From Dermatophilaceae bacterium (GTDB lineage Bacteria; Actinomycetota; Actinomycetes; Actinomycetales; Dermatophilaceae): DNA of 64,000 bases. Shown here in pieces: positions 9,323-19,132 of the stretch. The notes under the pieces were generated by a model. That model made no database searches. It saw only the letters and a program-made list of their open reading frames with translations, and was not told the origin of the DNA. The first letter of the stretch is position 1, and each line of letters begins with the position of its first letter. The stretch is from NCBI GenBank assembly GCA_032229625.1, contig JAVTVZ010000063.1, positions 5,470 to 69,469 of the forward strand, in the 5' to 3' direction. Both the position numbers and the translations under genes were made by a program.

Positions 9323-10615
9323 GTGCGCGTCGGGCTCGTCTGCCCCTACTCCTTCGACGTGGCGGGCGGCGTGCAATTCCACGTCCGCGACCTCGCCGAG
9401 ACCCTGCGGGCGCGCGGCCATCACGTGGGGGTGCTCGCCCCCGCCGACGAGGACACGCCGCTGCCGGACTACGTGACGGGCTCCGGGCGGGCGCTGCCGA
9501 TCCCCTACAACGGGTCGATCGCGCGGCTGACCTTCGGCCCGCTGACCGCCGCGCGCGTCAACCGCTGGGTCGAGGACGGCCGCTACGACGTCGTGCACAT
9601 CCACGAGCCGCTCGTGCCGAGCGTCTCGGTGCTCGCGCTGTGGGCCGCGACCGGCCCCATCGTCGCGACCTTCCACACGAGCCTCGAACGCTCGCGCGCC
9701 ATGGCCGCCGTCGCGCCCCTCGTGCAGTCGAGCATGGAGAAGATCCACGCCCGGATCGCCGTCTCCGAGGCCGCCCGCCAGACGCTGGTCACCCACATGG
9801 GCGGCGACGCCGTCGTCATCCCCAACGGCGTCTTCGTCGACCGCTTCTCAGGCGCCGTCCCGCAGGCCCGGTGGCAGGGCGTGCCCGGCCGCCCGACCCT
9901 GGCCTTCCTCGGGCGCATCGACGAGCCGCGCAAGGGACTGCCCGTGCTGCTCGAGGCCATGCCCGCCGTGCTCGACGCGCACCCCGGCACCCGCCTGCTC
10001 ATCGCCGGCCACGGTGACCTCGACGCCGCCCGCGAGCGGCTGGCCGCCGGTGACCCGCGCGTGGCCGCCGCCTGCGAGCTGCTCGGCCCGATCAGCGAGG
10101 ACGACAAGCGCGCGCTGCTGGCCTCCGTCGACGTCTACGTCGCGCCGCACACCGGCGGCGAGAGCTTCGGCATCGTCCTGGTCGAGGCGATGAGCGCCGG
10201 CGCGCCCGTCGTCGCCTCCGACCTGCCCGCCTTCGCCGCCGTGCTCGACGACGGCGGCGCCGGTGCGCTCTTCGCCACCGGCGACGCCGCCGCGCTCGCG
10301 GCGCGGCTGGGCGCCGTGCTCGACGACCCGGCCCTGCGTGACCGGCTCGCGCGCCTGGGGCCGGTGACCGCTCGACGCTACGACTGGGGCAGCGTCTGCG
10401 ACGACGTGCTCGCGGTCTACGAGACCGTGCTCGAAGGGGATTCGGCGGCTCCCGACCCGCACTGGGCGGCCTTCCGGACCGGGGGGCGGCCCCCGTCGCG
10501 CGTCGCGCCCCCCGTGCCCGCGCTCGCTGCCCCCGCGCGGCCCCGCGGCCGGGACCGGGTGCGGCACGTGCTGGCACCCCTGGCGCGCCCGCTGCGGTGG
10601 CGGTGGCGGCCGTGA
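9323..10615 (+). CDS. pimA: GDP-mannose-dependent phosphatidylinositol mannosyltransferase (GT4)
   Basis: MRVGLVCPYSFDVAGGVQFHV, IPYNGS, EPRKG and GGESFGIVLVEAM. Confidence 0.93.
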   Translation: MRVGLVCPYSFDVAGGVQFHVRDLAETLRARGHHVGVLAPADEDTPLPDYVTGSGRALPIPYNGSIARLTFGPLTAARVNRWVEDGRYDVVHIHEPLVPSVSVLALWAATGPIVATFHTSLERSRAMAAVAPLVQSSMEKIHARIAVSEAARQTLVTHMGGDAVVIPNGVFVDRFSGAVPQARWQGVPGRPTLAFLGRIDEPRKGLPVLLEAMPAVLDAHPGTRLLIAGHGDLDAARERLAAGDPRVAAACELLGPISEDDKRALLASVDVYVAPHTGGESFGIVLVEAMSAGAPVVASDLPAFAAVLDDGGAGALFATGDAAALAARLGAVLDDPALRDRLARLGPVTARRYDWGSVCDDVLAVYETVLEGDSAAPDPHWAAFRTGGRPPSRVAPPVPALAAPARPRGRDRVRHVLAPLARPLRWRWRP

Positions 10616-11148
10616 GCGCGCTGGAGATCGTCACGCTCGTCGTCGTGGTCGTCGTGCTCCTGGCGTGGCGACTGACGTATACCGCCGCGCGGCTGCACCG
10701 GCTGCACACCCGGGTCGAGGGGAGCCTGGCCGCGCTCGACGCCCGCCTCGTGCGGCGGGCGGAGGCGGCCGTCGAGCTCGCCAACTCCGGCACGCTGGAC
10801 CCGGCGACCGCCCTGCTGCTCGCCGGCGCCGCCTCGGACAGTCTCGACGCCCGCGCCGACGACATGAGCGGATCCGATTGGGCGGAGGGCGATCTGGCGA
10901 CCCGCGAGGCGCTGGAGAGCGACCTGACGGTGACGATCCGGCATGCGCTGGCGTCGTCGGGCACGCCGGCGAGCGACCCGACGCGGCGGCTGCGCGACGC
11001 GCATCGGCGGGTCCAGCTCGCCCGGCGCTTCTCCAACGACGCGGTCCGCGACGTGCAGCGGCTGCGCCGCGAGCCCGAGGTGCGCCTCTTCCGGCTGGCC
11101 GGCCACGCGGCGCTGCCGCGCACCGTCGAGTTCGACGACGACGTGTGA
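10612..11148 (+). CDS. Conserved actinobacterial membrane-anchored protein (LemA-like fold candidate)
   Basis: N-terminal TM helix, RLHRLHTRVEGSLAALDARLVRRA and RRFSNDAVRDV..LR. GTG overlaps the pimA stop. Confidence 0.75.
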   Translation: MSALEIVTLVVVVVVLLAWRLTYTAARLHRLHTRVEGSLAALDARLVRRAEAAVELANSGTLDPATALLLAGAASDSLDARADDMSGSDWAEGDLATREALESDLTVTIRHALASSGTPASDPTRRLRDAHRRVQLARRFSNDAVRDVQRLRREPEVRLFRLAGHAALPRTVEFDDDV

Positions 11149-11172
11149 GCGCCCCGCGGACTCCGGCACGTG

Positions 11173-11236
11173 GGCGGATCGACGGACGGATCGGAGGGCG
11201 GATCGGACGGCGGATCGGACGGCGGATCGGACGGCG
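11173..11236 (+). repeat. 12-bp tandem repeat GGCGGATCGGAC
   Basis: Three exact copies (11197-11232) preceded by two degenerate copies, in the intergenic region before pdxS. Confidence 0.9.
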
Positions 11237-11352
11237 CAAGGGGCGCTCTACGGCGGCGACTAGACTGGCGCGGCGCTCGGCCGTGTGGACCGGGCCCGGG
11301 GCGTCCCCGATGTCCCCGCTGCACCGCATCAGTCGTTGAAAGGCCAGCCGTC

Positions 11353-12276
11353 GTGACCCTGACAGAGCCCGACCAGACCCTCACCACCCCGCCGACGACG
11401 CAGGGCACGGCCCGCGTCAAGCGCGGCATGGCGGAGATGCTCAAGGGCGGCGTGATCATGGACGTCGTCACCCCCGACCAGGCGAGGATCGCGCAGGACG
11501 CCGGCGCCGTCGCCGTCATGGCCCTCGAGCGGGTGCCCGCCGACATCCGCGCCCAGGGCGGGGTCTCGCGGATGAGCGACCCCGACATGGTCGCCGGGAT
11601 CATCGACGCCGTCTCGATCCCCGTCATGGCCAAGGCCCGCATCGGCCACTTCGTCGAGGCGCAGGTGCTGCAGTCCCTCGGCGTCGACTACATCGACGAG
11701 TCCGAGGTGCTCACGCCGGCGGACTACACCAACCACATCGACAAGTGGGCCTACACCGTGCCCTTCGTCTGTGGCGCGACCAACCTCGGTGAGGCCCTGC
11801 GCCGCATCACCGAGGGCGCGGCGATGATCCGCTCCAAGGGTGAGGCCGGCACCGGCGACGTGTCGAACGCGACGACGCACATGCGTCAGATCCGCGGTGA
11901 GATCAACCGGCTGCGCAGCATGGCCCCCGACGAGCTGTATGTCGCCGCGAAGGAGCTCGCCGCGCCCTACGACCTCGTCGCCGAGGTCGCCCGCGAGGGC
12001 AAGCTGCCCGTCGTGCTCTTCACCGCCGGCGGCATCGCCACCCCTGCCGACGCCGCGATGATGATGCAGCTCGGCGCCGAGGGCGTCTTCGTCGGCTCGG
12101 GCATCTTCAAGTCCGGCAACCCCGCGCAGCGCGCCGAGGCCATCGTCAAGGCGACGACCTTCTACGACGACCCCGACACGATCGCGCGGGTCTCGCGCGG
12201 GCTGGGCGAGGCGATGGTCGGCATCAACGTCGACGACATCCCCCAGCCGCACCGCCTCGCCGAGCGCGGCTGGTGA
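11353..12276 (+). CDS. pdxS: Pyridoxal 5'-phosphate synthase lyase subunit
   Basis: [27 protein letters not shown] and [12 protein letters not shown] start inferred. Confidence 0.97.
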   Translation: MTLTEPDQTLTTPPTTQGTARVKRGMAEMLKGGVIMDVVTPDQARIAQDAGAVAVMALERVPADIRAQGGVSRMSDPDMVAGIIDAVSIPVMAKARIGHFVEAQVLQSLGVDYIDESEVLTPADYTNHIDKWAYTVPFVCGATNLGEALRRITEGAAMIRSKGEAGTGDVSNATTHMRQIRGEINRLRSMAPDELYVAAKELAAPYDLVAEVAREGKLPVVLFTAGGIATPADAAMMMQLGAEGVFVGSGIFKSGNPAQRAEAIVKATTFYDDPDTIARVSRGLGEAMVGINVDDIPQPHRLAERGW

Positions 12277-12459
12277 CGCAGCGCCGCTGGTCGGGCCCCT
12301 GCCCGACCAGCGGTCTGACGGCCAATTCGACACGGACGTAGTCGAGTTCGGCGTTTCAGCTCGCGATCTGCACCACATCGCGGGGCACACTGGTCAGGAC
12401 GATCACGCCGGCTTCGCGCCCGCGGGTCTCTCGGACGGGCACGACGAAAGGCACTGCCG

Positions 12460-13551
12460 ATGCACCGACCCCTGCCGCTGCGGTCCGCCGCGCTGGCCGT
12501 GGCGCTCGTGACGTGCGCGGCGCCATTGAGCGCCGCGCCCGCGCACGCCCGCACCGACGACCACCGCCCGGTCACCCGCGAGGACCCGGGGCCGCACTGG
12601 CGCGGCGGCCTGACGGGCGACACGACGTCGCAGGCCGCCGGTGAGGACCCGCAGGCGTCGGGCACCGACGGGACGAGCCCCGACGGCACGGGCCCCGACA
12701 GCGCGAGCCCCGACGGCACGGGCAGCGGCAGGTCGGGCACCGACGACACGGGCAGCGACGCGATCACGCTGGCCACGGACGACGGCCCGTCCGTCCACGC
12801 GCAGTGGGGCTCGAGCCGCGACGTCGAGGTCGGCCACTCGGTCGCCCTCGCCGGCCAGGTCCGCGACGCCGGGAGCCGCCCCCTGGGTCGGATCCGCCTC
12901 GACCGGCGGGTCGGCTCGGCGTGGCAGCCCGTCCACACCATCGACATCGCCGCCGACGGCTCGTGGTCGGAGCGGATCACGCCGCCGTCGACCCTGGGGG
13001 TCGTGCGCTATCGGATCGTGTGGCTCGGCGCGGGCGGTGGCCCGCTCGCGAGCGGTGAGCTGCCGGCGTTGACCGTCTACCGGCTCAACACCTACGACGT
13101 CCAGCGGCGCGGGCGGGTCTCGACCGACCTCGACGACTTCGCGCGCGACGCCGCCCGGACCTTCGCCGACCAGCGCGGGTGGGCGCGTGCCTACCAGCGC
13201 TTCGAGCGGGTCGAGCGCGGCGGCGACTTCACGCTCGTGCTCGCGCAGGCCCGGACGATGCCGACCTTCTCGCGGTCGTGCTCGGTGCAGTTCTCCTGTC
13301 GCGTCGGGCGGTTCGTCGTCATCAACGAGACCCCCTGGCGGCACCGCACGAAGGCGTTCACCGGTGATCTGCGCACCTATCGGCACATGGTCGTCAACCA
13401 CGAGACCGGGCACTGGCTCGGCCTGGGCCATCAGGGCTGCTCGCGGCGCGGCGCGCTCGCGCCGGTCATGATGCAGCAGTCCAAGGGGCTGAGCGGCTGC
13501 CGCTCCAACGCCTGGCCGCTGCCCGCCGAGATCGCTGCCCTCACCCGCTGA
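12460..13551 (+). CDS. Secreted DUF3152-family zinc metallopeptidase
   Basis: Signal peptide ending ..[18 protein letters not shown] and [18 protein letters not shown] (HExxHxxGxxH), then [12 protein letters not shown]. Confidence 0.85.
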   Translation: MHRPLPLRSAALAVALVTCAAPLSAAPAHARTDDHRPVTREDPGPHWRGGLTGDTTSQAAGEDPQASGTDGTSPDGTGPDSASPDGTGSGRSGTDDTGSDAITLATDDGPSVHAQWGSSRDVEVGHSVALAGQVRDAGSRPLGRIRLDRRVGSAWQPVHTIDIAADGSWSERITPPSTLGVVRYRIVWLGAGGGPLASGELPALTVYRLNTYDVQRRGRVSTDLDDFARDAARTFADQRGWARAYQRFERVERGGDFTLVLAQARTMPTFSRSCSVQFSCRVGRFVVINETPWRHRTKAFTGDLRTYRHMVVNHETGHWLGLGHQGCSRRGALAPVMMQQSKGLSGCRSNAWPLPAEIAALTR

Positions 13552-13574
13552 GCCGACCCCTACACTCGACGGCC

Positions 13575-14267
13575 GTGCCTACCGCCCCTGACGTCGAGCC
13601 CACCACCGGTCCCCCCGCCGGCATCGAGAGCCCCGCGCCGCTGAGCCCCGCGTTGCGGTCGCGACCCCGGATCGGGGTGCTCGCCGTGCAGGGTGACGTC
13701 CGTGAGCATGCCGCGGCGCTGGCCTCCGCCGGCGCCGAGCCGGTGTCGGTGCGCCGGCCGGGTGAGCTCGACGGCCTCGCCGGGCTCGTCATCCCCGGAG
13801 GGGAGTCGACGGTCATCGACAAGCTGCTGCGGGCCTTCGACCTGCGCGACCCCGTGCGCGCCGCGATCGCGGGCGGCCTGCCCGTCTACGGCTCGTGCGC
13901 GGGCATGATCCTGCTGGCCGACCGGGTGCTCGACGGCACCGCCGACCAGCAGACCCTCGGTGGCATGTCGATCACGGTGCGCCGCAACGCGTTCGGCCGC
14001 CAGGTCGACTCCTTCGAGACGGACCTGACGATGCCGTGGCTGCGCGAGCCGGACCGGCCGATCCGCGCGGTCTTCATCCGCGCGCCCTGGGTCGAGGAGG
14101 TCGGGCCCGACGTCGAGGTGCTCGCGCGCGTGCCGTCGGGCCCCGCAGCCGGCCGCGTCGTCGCCGCCCGCCAGGGGCCGCTGCTCGTCACGTCCTTCCA
14201 CCCCGAGGTCAGCGGCGACGACCGCGTGCACGACTACTTCGTGGCGATGGTGCGGGGCGACGCCTGA
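13575..14267 (+). CDS. pdxT: PLP synthase glutaminase subunit
   Basis: [38 protein letters not shown] and SFHPE. Confidence 0.97.
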   Translation: MPTAPDVEPTTGPPAGIESPAPLSPALRSRPRIGVLAVQGDVREHAAALASAGAEPVSVRRPGELDGLAGLVIPGGESTVIDKLLRAFDLRDPVRAAIAGGLPVYGSCAGMILLADRVLDGTADQQTLGGMSITVRRNAFGRQVDSFETDLTMPWLREPDRPIRAVFIRAPWVEEVGPDVEVLARVPSGPAAGRVVAARQGPLLVTSFHPEVSGDDRVHDYFVAMVRGDA

Positions 14268-14333
14268 CCGGTCGGCGCCGACGCGTCCGCGGGCCGGCCG
14301 GGTCGGAGGCGGCCGGGTCAGCGTGCGGCCGCG

Positions 14334-15671
14334 TCAGAATCCCGGCGCCGGCTGCGCCCAGGGCTGTCGCTGCACCTGCCAGTGCCGGACCAGGTCGGCG
14401 GCCACGCTCAGCGCCATGACCGCGGCGCCGGTCATCGTGTCCCCCCAGCTCGAGACGACCCAGCGGGCCCCGGTGACGACGTCGACCTCGACGAGGCGGC
14501 TGTTGACCGACGACCCCTGCGGCACCTTCTCCTCCACGACATAGGTCCGGTCGTCGCTCCAGGCGAGGCCCCGCGAGGCGAAGGGGATGTCGATGGCCCG
14601 GGTGCGGCCGGTGCCCAGGTCGAGGACCTGCACCCCGCGCAGGACCGACGCCAGATAGCGGCCGTCGGGCGACCACGCGTTCTGGTCCGCGGCGTCCTCG
14701 GGCCCCGCGGGGTAGGTGCGCAGCACCCGGCCGCGGGCGTCGAGGCGTTGGATCCCGCGCGCGCGGCTGACGAGCAGCTGCCCGTCCGGGCCCGTCATCG
14801 CGGTGCGCACGTCAGGGGAGTGCGGGACGCCCGGGACCGGGCGCACGCGGCCTGCGGGCACATCGACGGCCAGCAGGTAGCCCGGGTTGCGCAGATTGTC
14901 GCCGGAGGCGTCGACATCGCGGACGTAGAGGGTCGCGCCGTCCCGTGACCAGGCCACCGGATCGGCCGCGCGATACGGCGCGTCGGTGAGGCGCACGACG
15001 TGCTCGGCGGCGGTGTCGACGTCGACGACGACGACGTCACCGGACCAGCCGGCGGTCCCGACGGCGATCCGCCGGCCGTCGGGGGAGACCAGCGTCGGAG
15101 CGTGGCCACCGAGCGCGGCGCGCCCCTCGGGCGTGGCGAACCGTCGCACCGTCGTGCCGTCCGGGGCGATGACGACGCTGCGCTCGAGGTCGAGGAACTC
15201 GTAGTCACCGCCGTGCTGGAAGGACAAGAGCACCCGGTCCACCGGCGACCAACTCAGCGGCAGCGGGAAGTGGCGGTACGAGGGCAGCTGGGTCGGCAAC
15301 ACGACCTGCGAGCCCGTCGCGGGCTGGGGCGACGGGCCCAGCATCCGCATCCCGCCGAAGACGGTCGCCAGGAGCAGGAGGGTCGCGGCGACGGCGGCCA
15401 CGACGGGCCGGGCGGCCGAGCCTGCGCGGCGCCGGCCGTGCCGGGTCGTCGACCCGTGCAGGTCGTCGGCCCGGTCCCCGAGGAGGTCGTCCGCCAACCC
15501 GCGAGATCGCCGTGCGGCGAGGGGGGCCGGACCGCCGGGGGGCTCGTGCCAGGGGCGGTCCTCCTGTGCGCGGGAGTCGTCCAGGGCGAGGGAGTCCAGG
15601 GCGAGGGAGTCGACGAAGTCGCGCAGGCGCTCGACGGCCTCGCGCTCACCGACGCGTGGTGCGGTGCTCAT
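14334..15671 (-). CDS. Single-pass membrane protein with extracytoplasmic TolB/WD40-like propeller, putative anti-sigma factor
   Basis: Cytoplasmic N-terminus, TM VVAAVAATLLLLATVFGG, repeated SPDG/WSRDG/WSPDG/WSDD blades. ATGA overlap with the sigma-factor stop. Confidence 0.75.
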   Translation of the reverse strand: MSTAPRVGEREAVERLRDFVDSLALDSLALDDSRAQEDRPWHEPPGGPAPLAARRSRGLADDLLGDRADDLHGSTTRHGRRRAGSAARPVVAAVAATLLLLATVFGGMRMLGPSPQPATGSQVVLPTQLPSYRHFPLPLSWSPVDRVLLSFQHGGDYEFLDLERSVVIAPDGTTVRRFATPEGRAALGGHAPTLVSPDGRRIAVGTAGWSGDVVVVDVDTAAEHVVRLTDAPYRAADPVAWSRDGATLYVRDVDASGDNLRNPGYLLAVDVPAGRVRPVPGVPHSPDVRTAMTGPDGQLLVSRARGIQRLDARGRVLRTYPAGPEDAADQNAWSPDGRYLASVLRGVQVLDLGTGRTRAIDIPFASRGLAWSDDRTYVVEEKVPQGSSVNSRLVEVDVVTGARWVVSSWGDTMTGAAVMALSVAADLVRHWQVQRQPWAQPAPGF

Positions 15672-16207
15672 GACAGCTCCTCCCGGAGGCGGATCATCGC
15701 CCGCGACAGGCGGGACTTCACGGTGCCGGGCCGACAACCGAGGGCCTCGGCGATCTCGGCCTCGGGGCGGTCGAGGTAATAGCGCAGGTAGACGGCGGCG
15801 CGCTGCGCGGGGTCGAGGCGGCTCAGCGCATCCCGCACGGCGACCCGATCGGCGACGACCTGGTCCAGGACCGGCGGCGCGAGGCCCCCATCGCCACTCG
15901 CACTCGGGTCGCCGGTCGAGGCGACGCCCTCCAGATAGCGACGGGCGACGATCCGACGGCGCACCCACGAGGTGCTGCGCCGCGTCACCGCGACGCGCAG
16001 CCACGCGCCGGGATCGCGCACGTCCCGCGCCGCGACCAGGTCCGCGAACGCGTCCCCGACGAGGTCCGCGGCCGCCTCGGCGTCGCCGGTCACGACCGCT
16101 GCGAGCCGCAGCAGGTGCGTCCGCTCGCGCCGAAAGACGTGCTCCAGCGAGCTCGCCTCCTCGACCAGCGGCTCGACGCGCGCGCCGGTCCCCCCGTCGC
16201 CGTGCAT
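15668..16207 (-). CDS. ECF sigma factor (SigE/sigma-24 family)
   Basis: Region 2 LLRLAAVVTGD...DLVGDAF..WLR. Region 4 YYLDRPEAEIAEALGCRPGTVKSRLSRA. Confidence 0.92.
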   Translation of the reverse strand: MHGDGGTGARVEPLVEEASSLEHVFRRERTHLLRLAAVVTGDAEAAADLVGDAFADLVAARDVRDPGAWLRVAVTRRSTSWVRRRIVARRYLEGVASTGDPSASGDGGLAPPVLDQVVADRVAVRDALSRLDPAQRAAVYLRYYLDRPEAEIAEALGCRPGTVKSRLSRAMIRLREELS

Positions 16208-16559
16208 CCCATCGCCCCCTCGCCTCACCAGGATCCGCGCCGGGCCCGGACATCACGATCGCGCAGGCTCGACATCTCCAGGGTCGCGCAGGACCCCCGT
16301 CCGGTTCCCCGGTCTTCCCCGCTCGTCGTCCGGTCCGGTGTCGAGTCGCCTCCCGCTCGGTCCTCCTCCTCCGGCCGGCGCCCGCGCCGGCGCCTGGACG
16401 GGCGTGCCCGCGGGGCCGGTTTAGGATGGTCTGCGATTCGTGCGCATCCACGGTGCCCGCCGGACCTCCACACGCGGCCCGCGACGGCCCCCGCGGCACC
16501 GGCTGTCCTCGTGGCCGCCGGCCGACCGGCGCAGCGCGCTGCGGGATGCACTGTGCGAG

Positions 16560-16672
16560 CACCGAACTGCGCAGCCCCGAACTGCGCATCATCGAACTGC
16601 GCATCACCGAACTGTGCACCACCCGGACTGTGCGACTACCGCCACAGTGCGACTACCGAAGTGCGACTACCG
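16560..16672 (+). repeat. Compound repeat array: about 5 x 15-bp CAYCGAACTGYGCAY-like units, then 3 x GTGCGACTACCG
   Basis: 15-bp units start at 16560, 16575, 16590, 16605 and 16620 (last degenerate). 12-mers at 16630, 16647 and 16661. The array ends 10 nt before the yebC ATG. Confidence 0.9.
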
Positions 16673-16682
16673 AGAGGACGGC

Positions 16683-17453
16683 ATGAGCGGGCACTCCAAG
16701 TGGGCGACCACCAAGCACAAGAAGGCGGCGGTCGACGCCAAGCGCGGCAAGCTCTTCGCCAAGCTCATCAAGAACATCGAGGTCGCGGCCCGCACGGGCG
16801 GCGGCGACCCGGCGGGCAACCCGACCCTCTACGACGCGGTCCAGAAGGCGAAGAAGAGCTCGGTCCCCAACGACAACATCGACCGCGCCCTCAAGCGCGG
16901 CTCGGGCGCCGAGGCCGGCGGGGCCGACTGGCAGACGATCATGTATGAGGGCTATGCCCCCGGCGGCGTCGCGGTGCTCATCGAGTGCCTCACCGACAAC
17001 CGCAACCGCGCGGCGACCGAGGTGCGCGTCGCGCTGACCCGCAACGGCGGCAACCTCGCCGATCCCGGCTCGGTCTCCTACCTCTTCAACCGCCGCGGCG
17101 TCGTCATGGTCCCCAAGGCCCAGAAGGACGGCGAGACCAGCGAGGACGCGCTCCTGGAGATCGTGCTCGAGGCCGGCGCGGAGGAGGTCGAGGACTACGG
17201 CGACTCCTTCCGCATCGAGTCCGAGGCCGGTGACTTCGTCGCGGTCCGCACGGCGCTCGTCGACGCGGGGATCGACTACGACTCCGCGGAGGCCGAGTTC
17301 GTGCCGAGCATGGAGGTGCCCCTGGACGTCGAGGGCGCCCGCAAGATGATGCGGGTCGTCGACGCCCTCGAGGACAGCGACGACGTGCAGAACGTCTTCG
17401 TCAACGGCGACATCTCCGACGAGGTCGCCGCGCAACTGGACGACGAGGAGTAG
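16683..17453 (+). CDS. yebC: YebC/PmpR family protein
   Basis: [30 protein letters not shown] and [10 protein letters not shown]. Confidence 0.96.
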   Translation: MSGHSKWATTKHKKAAVDAKRGKLFAKLIKNIEVAARTGGGDPAGNPTLYDAVQKAKKSSVPNDNIDRALKRGSGAEAGGADWQTIMYEGYAPGGVAVLIECLTDNRNRAATEVRVALTRNGGNLADPGSVSYLFNRRGVVMVPKAQKDGETSEDALLEIVLEAGAEEVEDYGDSFRIESEAGDFVAVRTALVDAGIDYDSAEAEFVPSMEVPLDVEGARKMMRVVDALEDSDDVQNVFVNGDISDEVAAQLDDEE

Positions 17454-17485
17454 GACGAGGAGTAGGCCGGCCCGGCAGGGCCCGG

Positions 17486-17535
17486 ACCGACGAGAGCCCC
17501 TCGACCACGCGCGTGGTCGAGGGGCTCTCGTCGGT
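17486..17535. terminator. Perfect 50-bp palindrome between convergent yebC and Hsp70-family gene
   Basis: accgacgagagcccctcgaccacgc|gcgtggtcgaggggctctcgtcggt is its own exact reverse complement. Confidence 0.85.
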
Positions 17536-17545
17536 GCGGGGGCCG

Positions 17546-19132
17546 TCAGCCGACGGCCACCGGTGCAGGCCGGGTCGCGCCGGTCGGCGAGGTGTCGCAG
17601 GCCTCGGACGCGCCGGGCGCGTCGTCGGCACGGATCGTGTGGGTCTGCCGGTAGCCGGTGTCGAGGTTGGTCAGCGACACCTCGATCATGCCGTGCGGGT
17701 CGATGGCGTAGCGCTCCTCGATGAGCGGCCCGTCGTCGCGGCGCTCGACGCGCACGGACTCCAGGTCGTCGCGGCCGGCGAGCTCGGCGTCGAAGCCGAA
17801 GACGACGTGGGCGAAGGGCACGATGTCGCCGCGCGGCTCGCCCCACTCGTCGAGCGCGGCGTATTCGACGAAGCGGAACCAGCCGACGTTGTGCGCCGCC
17901 CGGTAGCGCCGCGTCACGGCGACCCGCTCACCGCCGGTCGGCACGACGGCGTCGCGCCCGAGGATCGCGTCGAAGGACAGGCGGCGGCCGCCGTCGCCCT
18001 CGCGGAAGACGCCGAAGCCGCGCGAGAGCCGGTCGACGAGCGAATATCCCGCGGCGCGGTCACCGGCGATGGCCAGGCCGATCGCGGTCGAGGCCGCCGG
18101 ATAGGGGGAGCGGTGCACGCGCCGGCCGAACTGCTCGCGCAGCAGCCGCGGCACGAGCGGCAGCCCGCTCGCCCCGCCGACGAGGTAGATGCCCGCGATC
18201 TCCGAGAGGTCCGGTGCGTCCTGCGTGCCCCCGCCCAGCAGCGGGCGCATCGCCGCGATCGTCGACTCGATGAGCGGGGTCGCGGCCGCGTAGAAGTCGG
18301 CGACGGGCAGCACGACGGCCTCGCCCTCGACGTCGACGAGCAGGCGCTTGGCCTGCGGCGACAGTCGCTCCTTGGCTTCGCGGCACTCCAGCAGCAGCCG
18401 CTCGTAGGCGGCCGCGTCGAGGTCCGCGCGAGCGCGGCCCGCGGCGGCCAGGACACAGCCGGCGAGCACGACGTCGACGTCGTCGCCGCCGACGTCGTTC
18501 AGACCCAGCGAGTCGAGCACCTCGTGGTCGGTGCCGTCGACCTTGACGAGCGAGGCGTCGAACGTGCCGCCGCCGAGGTCGTAGACGACGACCCGGGTGC
18601 GCCGCGAGTTCAGCGTGCGGCCCTGCCGGTGGCTGTACTCCAGGCCCGCCGCCGACGGCTCGTTGATCATCGCCGTGACCTCGAAGCCGGCGCGACGGAA
18701 CGCCTCGAGCGTCAGGTAGCGCTGCGCGCCGTGCGCGTGCGCCGGCACCGCGATCGCCGCCGTCATCGGCTCGCCGGCCAGCAAGGTCCGGGCGCTGCTG
18801 ACGCCCAGCAGGTCCGCCCGCAGCGCGGCGGCGAAGCCGGTGAGCACCTCCAGCAGCGGCACGTCGACCCCGCCGATCGAGACCGTCGTGCCCGGGCCGA
18901 CGTCGGGCGCGGCCAGCGCCCGTTTCACCGAGCGCACCGGTGACGCGCCGTCGGAGGCCGCCCGCAAGGCCTCGAACCCGTAGACGAGCTCGCCGCGGTG
19001 CCGCGCGACGAGCGTCGGCACGTGCTCCTGCGGATCGCCGTCGACGTCCGGGAACGTCACCACCGGATAGTTGCCGCGATCGGCGTACGCGACGATCGTC
19101 CTGGTCGTGCCGAAGTCCACCCCGAGATGCAT
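17546..19132 (-). CDS. Hsp70 family protein (actin-like ATPase domain plus short beta domain, no helical lid)
   Basis: GVDFGTT, INEPSAAGL, YDLGGGTFDAS, GGDDVD, EAKERLS and LVGGASGLPLV. Confidence 0.9.
   Translation of the reverse strand: MHLGVDFGTTRTIVAYADRGNYPVVTFPDVDGDPQEHVPTLVARHRGELVYGFEALRAASDGASPVRSVKRALAAPDVGPGTTVSIGGVDVPLLEVLTGFAAALRADLLGVSSARTLLAGEPMTAAIAVPAHAHGAQRYLTLEAFRRAGFEVTAMINEPSAAGLEYSHRQGRTLNSRRTRVVVYDLGGGTFDASLVKVDGTDHEVLDSLGLNDVGGDDVDVVLAGCVLAAAGRARADLDAAAYERLLLECREAKERLSPQAKRLLVDVEGEAVVLPVADFYAAATPLIESTIAAMRPLLGGGTQDAPDLSEIAGIYLVGGASGLPLVPRLLREQFGRRVHRSPYPAASTAIGLAIAGDRAAGYSLVDRLSRGFGVFREGDGGRRLSFDAILGRDAVVPTGGERVAVTRRYRAAHNVGWFRFVEYAALDEWGEPRGDIVPFAHVVFGFDAELAGRDDLESVRVERRDDGPLIEERYAIDPHGMIEVSLTNLDTGYRQTHTIRADDAPGASEACDTSPTGATRPAPVAVG

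Noticed and set aside
16560-16672. CRISPR array
   Set aside because: The units are 12-15 bp and contiguous, with no unique spacers and no cas genes.
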